Of a stretch of DNA of 32,342 nucleotides, positions 26,065 to 32,342 are shown one piece after another. A model generated the notes under the pieces. It was not told the origin of the DNA, did not search any database, and was given only the letters and a program-made list of their open reading frames with translations. How positions within the stretch are numbered: position 1 is the stretch's first letter; each line of letters begins with the position of its first letter. Both the position numbers and the translations under genes were made by a program. Source of the DNA: Cyanophyceae cyanobacterium (GTDB taxonomy: Bacteria; Cyanobacteriota; Cyanobacteriia; Cyanobacteriales; JBHJGN01); NCBI GenBank assembly GCA_050331735.1, contig JBHJGN010000097.1:1-32342 (forward strand), written 5' to 3'.

Positions 26065-26418
26065 ATGTCTCACTTTAGCACTCTGCGCACCAAAATCACC
26101 GATGCCGAGATCTTAAAAGCTTCCTTGCGCGATCTTGGTATCTCTGTAAAGTCTGATGCTGACGTACGCGGTTACAACGGACAGCGCGTTCGGGCTGACC
26201 TCGTTGCCGTTCTCGATGGCGAGTACGATCTCGGCTGGTCCCGCAACGGCGACGGTAGCTTTGACCTAATCGCCGATCTGTGGGGCGTTGCTAAGAAGCA
26301 CAATCAGACCGAGTTAATCAACTCAATCAACCAGAAGTACGCCGTTAACAAGACCTTAGCTGAAGTTAAGCAGCGCGGTCTTCAGAACGCTAATGTAAAG
26401 CTAGTTGTTCAAAGCTAA
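26065..26418 (+). CDS. DUF1257/Ycf35-family protein
   Basis: MSHFSTLRTKI...VRGYNGQ...DLGWSRN..GSFDLIADLW...INQKYA; RBS GGAGG at 26052-26056. Confidence 0.88.
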   Translation: MSHFSTLRTKITDAEILKASLRDLGISVKSDADVRGYNGQRVRADLVAVLDGEYDLGWSRNGDGSFDLIADLWGVAKKHNQTELINSINQKYAVNKTLAEVKQRGLQNANVKLVVQS

Positions 26419-26439
26419 CGGATTGGTGCGTTTTAAAAT

Positions 26440-26511
26440 CGGTGGACTGGTCATTCGACCAGTCCATTGCCAGAGAGGCAAAACCCAGCTTGTCATAACA
26501 AGCTGGGTTTT
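26440..26511. terminator. tandem hairpins including a bidirectional intrinsic terminator
   Basis: TGGACTGGTC-ATTC-GACCAGTCCA (26443-26466) and AAAACCCAGCTTGT-CATA-ACAAGCTGGGTTTT (26480-26511), between convergent genes. Confidence 0.85.
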
Positions 26512-26515
26512 ATCC

Positions 26516-27574
26516 TTAAGCAAGAGCAACAGCAGGTTGAGGCCAGCGAGCTTTCGCTTTTCCAATCACAGCCATCTCATCAACTAACTGCTCAAATCCT
26601 TCTGGGGTCAAAGACTGAGGACCGTCAGAGAGCGCTTTAGCCGGATTGGGGTGGACCTCAATCATCAACGAATCAGCACCAGCGGCGATCGCCGCCAGAG
26701 CCATAGCGGGGACATATTCGGCTTTTCCAGTACCGTGACTAGGATCGATCATCACGGGCAGATGGGTCAGAGAACGCAGCACCGGCAGTACCGACAGATC
26801 GAGAGTGTTGCGAGTGTACTGCCGATCGAACGTGCGGATGCCTCGCTCGCAGAGAATCACGTTCGGATTTCCCGCCGCTAAAATATATTCTGCCGCCATC
26901 AGCCACTCATTAATCGAGGCGGACATGCCTCGCTTGAGCAGGACTGGCTTGTGTTGCGCCCCGATTTTCTTCAGCAGCGAGAAGTTTTGCATATTTCTGG
27001 CTCCGACCTGAAGCACGTCGGCCACTTCCCCGACTTTTTCAATGTCAGCACTGTCCATGATTTCTGTGATAATGCCTAGTCCAGTGACTTCCCGAGCAGC
27101 GGCTAGCAAACCCAAAGCACTCTCGCCGTGTCCTTGAAACGCATAGGGAGATGTCCGCGGCTTATAGGCACCGCCTCGGAGAAATTTGGCCCCGGCAGCC
27201 TTGACTCGCCGCGCCGTTTCAATAATCATCTCTTCGTTCTCGACCGAACAAGGCCCCGCCACCAGCACAACCGGATGGTGTTGCCCAAAAGTGACGGGGC
27301 CATCCGGAGTCGCAACGACAACCTCGCTCGGTTCTCCGTGACGGTATTCTAGGCTCGCTCGTTTAAAAGGCTGTTCTACCCGCAGCACATCTTCGATCCA
27401 GGGGCTATGCTCCTGAATTTGTAGCGGATCTAAGGTAGCCGTTTCCCCGACTAAACCAATCACAACCTTGTGTTTACCAACAATTTTCTCTGGCGACAAT
27501 CCCCAGCCCTGAAATTCTCGCTCTAAGCGGTTAATTTCAACGTCTGGAGTGCCAACCTTCATGACAACAATCAT
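26516..27574 (-). CDS. aroF: 3-deoxy-7-phosphoheptulonate (DAHP) synthase, type I-beta with N-terminal regulatory domain
   Basis: MIVVMK start at 27574; AGPCSVE, LRGGAYKPRTSPY, QVGARNMQN, LKRG, CERGIRTF, DPSHGTG, IEVHP, SDGPQSL. Confidence 0.93.
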   Translation of the reverse strand: MIVVMKVGTPDVEINRLEREFQGWGLSPEKIVGKHKVVIGLVGETATLDPLQIQEHSPWIEDVLRVEQPFKRASLEYRHGEPSEVVVATPDGPVTFGQHHPVVLVAGPCSVENEEMIIETARRVKAAGAKFLRGGAYKPRTSPYAFQGHGESALGLLAAAREVTGLGIITEIMDSADIEKVGEVADVLQVGARNMQNFSLLKKIGAQHKPVLLKRGMSASINEWLMAAEYILAAGNPNVILCERGIRTFDRQYTRNTLDLSVLPVLRSLTHLPVMIDPSHGTGKAEYVPAMALAAIAAGADSLMIEVHPNPAKALSDGPQSLTPEGFEQLVDEMAVIGKAKARWPQPAVALA

Positions 27575-27709
27575 ATTTAGTATCCTTTGAATATAGTGGG
27601 TACATCTGTCATCGGCCCAAAAAATAGCGGCTCGCCAATAGACAGACAAAGTTCAATGACACTCTGCCCCTCGATGGCTGCAATGGCAACGGGAATCCGT
27701 ACTGATCAA

Positions 27710-28174
27710 TTAACTATCTGATTTGGCTTTCTGCTCTTGTCTGCTATTGCGCCACGCCGAGATGAGCCGACCAAAGTTGAGGCTAAATTCCTCACCTCCC
27801 AACCAACTGCCAACTCGTTCCTCGTCCCACGACGTCGAGATAATCCCGTAGCTTAGCCCTAAAACCCCTAAGCCAAAAAATCCCATACTGACAAGCAGCG
27901 CCGCTACGTTGGGAATTTTGAACCACTGGTGGCTTACAATCCAGTAGCACACCACTAAAGAAGCGACTCCCAGAGCCGTTGGCACTCCGGAAAAGAGAGC
28001 CATCCGCCGCACCATCCGTTTACTAACGGCATCAGGAATGGCTGAAAGGCTCGCCTCTTGCCGGCGAGAACGCCGGGGGGAGACGGGCTGAGCTTTAGGG
28101 GTCACCGACTGTTTGGCGGTCTTCTTACGCCGGGGTTCAAAGGGAAGCTGCTCTCGATTTGATTTAGAAGCCAT
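27710..28174 (-). CDS. pam68: PAM68-family (DUF3464) PSII assembly protein
   Basis: LPFEPR, IPDAVSKRMVRRM, two TM helices, LSYGIISTSWD...GSWLG; conserved position downstream of rpsO. Confidence 0.88.
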   Translation of the reverse strand: MASKSNREQLPFEPRRKKTAKQSVTPKAQPVSPRRSRRQEASLSAIPDAVSKRMVRRMALFSGVPTALGVASLVVCYWIVSHQWFKIPNVAALLVSMGFFGLGVLGLSYGIISTSWDEERVGSWLGGEEFSLNFGRLISAWRNSRQEQKAKSDS

Positions 28175-28188
28175 AGCTTAAGATGAAA

Positions 28189-28458
28189 TTAACGGCGAAT
28201 CCCCAAACGAGCAATCAACGCTTGGTAACGCTCAGGATCTTCATTTCTAATATAGGCGAGTAAGCGCCTCCGGCGACCAATCATTTTGAGAAGTCCGCGA
28301 CGGGAAGAATGGTCTTTTTGATTTGTCCTGAGATGGGTTGTCAGTTGGTTAATGCGCTCCGTTAGCATTGCTACCTGCAAATCCGCTGAGCCCGTATCCG
28401 TCTCATGACGTTGGTACTCAGACATTAATTCTTGTTTACGCTTCTGCGTGAGAGTCAT
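28189..28458 (-). CDS. rpsO: 30S ribosomal protein S15
   Basis: 89 aa from ATG 28458; [36 protein letters not shown]. Confidence 0.98.
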   Translation of the reverse strand: MTLTQKRKQELMSEYQRHETDTGSADLQVAMLTERINQLTTHLRTNQKDHSSRRGLLKMIGRRRRLLAYIRNEDPERYQALIARLGIRR

Positions 28459-28512
28459 ACGTTTAAGATAAACACTGCAATTTTCCATATTAACATCGGC
28501 TACTGGTGTCTG

Positions 28513-29772
28513 CTAACGGGGCCGAGAGAAGGCCTGTTTAGCTAACCGGGCCGTGCCGTAGGCGGCTGCGGTGGAGTGCGGCACAACCACGGGAACCCCC
28601 AAGCATCGCTGACGGATCTGCGTCCAGGTCTGATTTTTGGCTCCGCCTCCCGCTGTATACACGGTGGTTAAGGCCGTTGCTCCCAGGTCTTGCAGCAATC
28701 TGTAGCCCTGAGTCTCAATTCTGGCCAGGCTTTCTAATAAACCGTGCAGAAACTGGACCGGAGCGGCAGGACGAGGAGTTAGCCTGGGCGGGTGCTGCGG
28801 ATCGTTGATGGGAAAGCGATCGCCTTTTTCGAGGAGAGGATAATAATCGTGCGGACTTGCCTGAGCCGGGTCGATCTGCTGGCTCAAAGTCTCCAGAGCT
28901 TCATCGCTAAAAAAATGTCGCAATACCGCTCCCCCGGTGTTAGAAGCCCCACCTGTCAGCCACAATTCTCCGAGGCGATGAGAGTAGATGCCGTACCGCG
29001 AATCTTCCAGGTAGCGATGGCTTAGCAGCTTCAGCACCAGCGTTGACCCCAGGGACGTGACCGCTTCGCCAGGAACCTGAGCGCCGCTGGCTAAGAAAGC
29101 CGCAATGCTGTCGGTGGTGCCAGTACATACCCAACAGTCGGACCGCAGCCCTAACTGCTGAGCTACGGCCCTCGTCACCTCTGCGATAGGCGTTCCGGGA
29201 GGTCGAACCTGGGGCAGCAACGGAAACATCGGCAGATTTTGCAGCCAGTGAGGATACTCAAGCTGCCGTACGTCGTACCCCAGCTTGAGGGCGTTGTGAT
29301 AGTCGCTGATGCCTAACTGTCCGTGCAATAAATAGGCGAGCCAGTCTGCCTGATGGAGAAAATAGACCGCCTGACGATAAACGGGTTGTCGAGACCACCA
29401 CAGGAGCTTCGCCAAACTAGAGGTAGTGCTGGCTGCCGGATGGTGGGACGGCGCCACAGCTAAATCGTCTTTCACCGCTGCTCCTCGGCCATCGCTGTAG
29501 AGCAGTGGCTCGGTGAGCGGCTGACCGCGAGCATCGCACAACAGCACCGTGGCGGAAGTGCCGTTAATGGCGATCGCTACCACCTCCTGCCGAACTGACA
29601 GGGGTAGAGCCTCAAGCAAGCTCAATAGAGTCTGCTGCCAGGTGGCTGCCCAATTCTGAGCAGCAGATGGTCGAAAGGAGAGGTGGACCTGGGCCTGAAT
29701 TGTCTCAGCGGCATCCATGGCGATCGCTCGTGCGCCAGAAGTACCAAAATCGATGCCGAGATAGCAGCTCAT
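28513..29772 (-). CDS. FGGY-family carbohydrate kinase (D-ribulose kinase-like)
   Basis: LGIDFGTSGAR, HQADW, SDYHNALKLGYD, GTTDSIAAF, SLGSTL, GGASNTGG, TAGGGAKN. Confidence 0.88.
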   Translation of the reverse strand: MSCYLGIDFGTSGARAIAMDAAETIQAQVHLSFRPSAAQNWAATWQQTLLSLLEALPLSVRQEVVAIAINGTSATVLLCDARGQPLTEPLLYSDGRGAAVKDDLAVAPSHHPAASTTSSLAKLLWWSRQPVYRQAVYFLHQADWLAYLLHGQLGISDYHNALKLGYDVRQLEYPHWLQNLPMFPLLPQVRPPGTPIAEVTRAVAQQLGLRSDCWVCTGTTDSIAAFLASGAQVPGEAVTSLGSTLVLKLLSHRYLEDSRYGIYSHRLGELWLTGGASNTGGAVLRHFFSDEALETLSQQIDPAQASPHDYYPLLEKGDRFPINDPQHPPRLTPRPAAPVQFLHGLLESLARIETQGYRLLQDLGATALTTVYTAGGGAKNQTWTQIRQRCLGVPVVVPHSTAAAYGTARLAKQAFSRPR

Positions 29773-29781
29773 CGGTTCTCG

Positions 29782-30201
29782 TTAATCACCGCTAATGTGA
29801 ACCACAATTTCCCGCTGGTGAGAGCGCTGCCGATGTTCCCAGAGGTAAATTCCTTGCCAGGTTCCTAGCGTGAGTCTGCCGCTAGCGATGGGAATTTGCT
29901 CGGAAGTTTTAGTGAGAGCAGAGCGAATGTGAGCTGGCATATCGTCTGGTCCCTCCGCATTATGAATGTAGCGCAAGGGGTCTTCTGGTACAAGTTTGGC
30001 AAAAAAGCTAGAGAGGTCTCGTAAAACGTCCGGGTCCGCATTCTCCTGAATCACCAGGCTGGCTGAAGTATGACAGACAAACACCGTACACAGTCCTGTT
30101 TCGATGCCCGACTCAGCAACAATGGCTGCAACTTTGGCGGTGATTTTATGGAGCGATTTTCCCGTTGTTTTAATCTTCAGTTTCTGCTGATAGGGATTCA
30201 T
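29782..30201 (-). CDS. yjbQ: YjbQ/UPF0047 family (secondary thiamine-phosphate synthase)
   Basis: HTSASLVIQENADPDV, EGPDDMPAHIRS, LGTWQGIYLWEHR. Confidence 0.92.
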   Translation of the reverse strand: MNPYQQKLKIKTTGKSLHKITAKVAAIVAESGIETGLCTVFVCHTSASLVIQENADPDVLRDLSSFFAKLVPEDPLRYIHNAEGPDDMPAHIRSALTKTSEQIPIASGRLTLGTWQGIYLWEHRQRSHQREIVVHISGD

Positions 30202-30386
30202 ATTTTATGTAGATCTCAACGGAATGAAATGGAGTTTGATATCTCGGTTTTTTGTCGATGGTGAAGGGTTGAGCGGTCGCTGATGACGACGAGGGAACCC
30301 TTGCTCATATCAGATTCATGCTAGCTCAGGGACTCTTTTATAACGGTTTTCACAGAGCGTAGAATACAGGCCCATCAAATCAGCAA

Positions 30387-31475
30387 TCAGCAAGCAGCAA
30401 AATAATCAACCACCGCTTGAGCAATCGTTTCTGTACCGTCCTTGGCGAGAGAATCAGCTTGGCGAGGAGGCTGAAGCGGCTGATGCAGAAACTGCCAGTC
30501 TCCCTGAAAAAATTCCGGTGCCGAAACGATTTGATGCTGAGCGCGATCTTGAATACCCGCGAGGAGGATAGCAGACTCAGCAAAATCCTCGCGGGTGAGG
30601 GAGACAATGGGAACATCTAAACGCAGAGCCTCGGCAAAGGTACTGTAGCCCGGTTTGGAAACGACTCGTCCGCAGAGCGGCATCAGGTCAATTGGACGAT
30701 AGTGACGATCCGTTACCGATAACAGGTTTGGTAAATCAGGAGCCTGACGGTCAAAGGTAATAAACTGCCAGTCAGGAAATCTGTCGAGATTATGATAAGG
30801 AATTTGCTGGAGTCTTAATCCGCCAAAGGTAAGCAGAATCGTTTTTTCTCGGGGAGCCTTGATATTAAAGATATCGCGCAATTGGGTCACGCTGTAGCGG
30901 GGCGTTCCTCCTGTTAAGCCCACCTCAGTAATGTGGGGAAAGGCGCTCATCGGTTCCGCCATAGGCAAGCGAAACAGGCGATCGCAGCGCCGATAGCACC
31001 CAGCAATCCAGTCAGCCAGCTCAATGAATTCCGCCCCCCAGTCTCGATAGATAAAGTCCCAGCCAAAGTTACTCATCATCCAGCAGGGCACTCCCGCTGC
31101 CTGAGCGATGGGGGCTGCCAGAGGCGGAATATCAGCAAGAACTAGCCCGACTCTGTTGGTGTTTATAAAATCAACCTCTCCCGCCACAATCGTATGCTGG
31201 CGCGAGCGAATCTGCTGCATTTTCTCCAGCGTGGCGGTCTTATCCATCGTTAAGCTATCGGACTGTACGACCCCAACATCAAAAACACGAGGGCGATAGA
31301 TAAAGTCTGCCTGGATATACGACTCCAGCAGCCAACGGGGAGCCGTTGTCGCCATAATGAGCAGCACCTCTGGGTAACGCTGTTTAACCACTGCCGCAAC
31401 AGAAGAGAGGCGGACTGCATGGCCAAATCCGTGGCTAGTGACGGCTAAGTATAAAACGGGATCGAGTTTCTTCAT
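30387..31475 (-). CDS. GT-B fold glycosyltransferase-like protein
   Basis: TSHGFGHAVR, LADIPPLA, SNFGWDFIY, VSKPGYSTFAEA, REDFAE. Confidence 0.8.
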   Translation of the reverse strand: MKKLDPVLYLAVTSHGFGHAVRLSSVAAVVKQRYPEVLLIMATTAPRWLLESYIQADFIYRPRVFDVGVVQSDSLTMDKTATLEKMQQIRSRQHTIVAGEVDFINTNRVGLVLADIPPLAAPIAQAAGVPCWMMSNFGWDFIYRDWGAEFIELADWIAGCYRRCDRLFRLPMAEPMSAFPHITEVGLTGGTPRYSVTQLRDIFNIKAPREKTILLTFGGLRLQQIPYHNLDRFPDWQFITFDRQAPDLPNLLSVTDRHYRPIDLMPLCGRVVSKPGYSTFAEALRLDVPIVSLTREDFAESAILLAGIQDRAQHQIVSAPEFFQGDWQFLHQPLQPPRQADSLAKDGTETIAQAVVDYFAAC

Positions 31476-31751
31476 GATTTGTGTTTGGTTAAAAACCTGG
31501 GGTCTCTAGAAAGGAAAGAACCCATAGTGGACAAAATGACAGAGCCTTTTTTGCCCAATCATCTTTAAAATATCGCCGATTTCAGCTCAAGATGTTAACT
31601 GCTCATTTTTCTGGGGAACTCTAACGGTAGGCAGTTGTTTGCTGATGCTGACACCGACTAAATCCCTTAGTAATCAGCATCTCGTTTATATCGCGGCTGC
31701 TACTGCGTCATGAAGAGAGATTTTCTATCTACTCATTGAGTTTTAACAAAT

Positions 31752-32342
31752 ATGCATTCAAACTTACTAGTCTTAAAAAGTCCTCTTCAAAATGGTGGTG
31801 ATCAGGTTACCAGCTTTGTAGAGCTTTTGCAGTATCGAGCGCAGCATCAGGGAAACCAAGACGCGCTAATGTTTCTCGGTGATGGAGAAAACCAAACTAA
31901 CACCCTTACCTATCAAGAATTAGATCGTCAATCGCGGGCGATCGCCGCTCAACTCCAGCAGCTAGAATCTCCTGGTGGAAGAGCCCTGCTGGTATATCCG
32001 CCCGGACTAGAATTTGTCGTCGCTTTCTTTGGCTGCCTCTATGCCGGAGTCGTCGCCGTCCCGGCTTATCCCCCCCGGCGCGATCATTTTGAGCGACTCG
32101 ACGAAATTTTAGACAACTCCGGTGCTCGAGTCGCGCTCACAACCGACGCTCTCTTCAAAAGTATGAACCGAAGCAGCAATACTGCTATTCAAGAGTTAGA
32201 GTGGCTAGCAACAGACAACCTAGCGGCGCCAGGAGCGGTGGAGTGGCAGCCGCCGACCATAGACCCAGAGAGTCTAGCGTTTTTGCAGTACACCAGCGGG
32301 TCGACCGGCAAGCCCAAAGGAGTGATGGTCAGCCACCGCAAC
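31752..32342 (+). CDS. fatty acyl-AMP ligase (FAAL) domain, 5' partial; possibly the loading domain of a PKS such as olefin synthase
   Basis: Not in the ORF track because it runs off the window end. Translation: MHSNLL...SFVELLQYRA...FLGDGE...LTYQELD...ALLVYPPGLEFVVAFFGCLYAGVVAVPAYPP...LAFLQYTSGSTGKPKGVMVSHRN. Confidence 0.88.
   Translation, partial: MHSNLLVLKSPLQNGGDQVTSFVELLQYRAQHQGNQDALMFLGDGENQTNTLTYQELDRQSRAIAAQLQQLESPGGRALLVYPPGLEFVVAFFGCLYAGVVAVPAYPPRRDHFERLDEILDNSGARVALTTDALFKSMNRSSNTAIQELEWLATDNLAAPGAVEWQPPTIDPESLAFLQYTSGSTGKPKGVMVSHRN

Larger units (their letters stand above)
403..31945. repeat. HIP1 octamer GCGATCGC, dispersed
   Basis: At least 25 copies seen, e.g. 403, 783, 2292, 3018, 4539, 4872, 5557, 6676, 6963, 7136, 10222, 13182, 14403, 18676, 20223, 24732, 29570, 29720, 30978, 31938; about one is expected by chance. 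Confidence 0.95.

Noticed and set aside
30202..30386. TPP riboswitch upstream of yjbQ
   Set aside because: CTGAG and CTGAT occur on the minus strand, but the ACCC/AACCTGAT and GCGTAGGGA elements and their spacing are absent.
194..31299. Numerous 60-140 aa ORFs overlapping or antisense to identified genes
   Set aside because: Shadow frames of well-supported genes with no recognisable motifs.

Overview
Cyanobacterial chromosomal window: at least 25 HIP1 GCGATCGC octamers counted by eye, plus allophycocyanin, PAM68 and Ycf46/Ycf35-type genes. It is mostly housekeeping and metabolic genes: Na+/solute symporter, HAD hydrolase, DUF421, K+ channel family, aspA, OsmC-like, bioD, prs, lepB, pyrC, recJ, metallophosphoesterase-pstS, SOUL, class I nrdAB, dacB, an RHH-Ycf46 AAA-DUF1257 operon, DAHP synthase, PAM68, rpsO, FGGY kinase, yjbQ, a glycosyltransferase, and the 5' end of a fatty acyl-AMP ligase gene. 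Most notable: (1) an AT-rich insert between pyrC and recJ carrying far-red allophycocyanin apcD4-apcB3 without the usual isiX neighbour, bordered by a MITE-like element, a hairpin-rich 3' region and an orphan ORF; (2) the nrdA promoter region, with a LexA box and an NrdR box each beside its own candidate promoter; (3) next to it, a ~260 bp purine/pyrimidine inverted mosaic with five strand-polarised triloop mini-hairpins; (4) dense regulatory architecture around the Ycf46 operon (HLR1 site, palindromic operator, multi-hairpin intergenic RNA, perfect 19-bp palindrome upstream). All calls come from motif recognition by eye; no database searches or folding computations were run.
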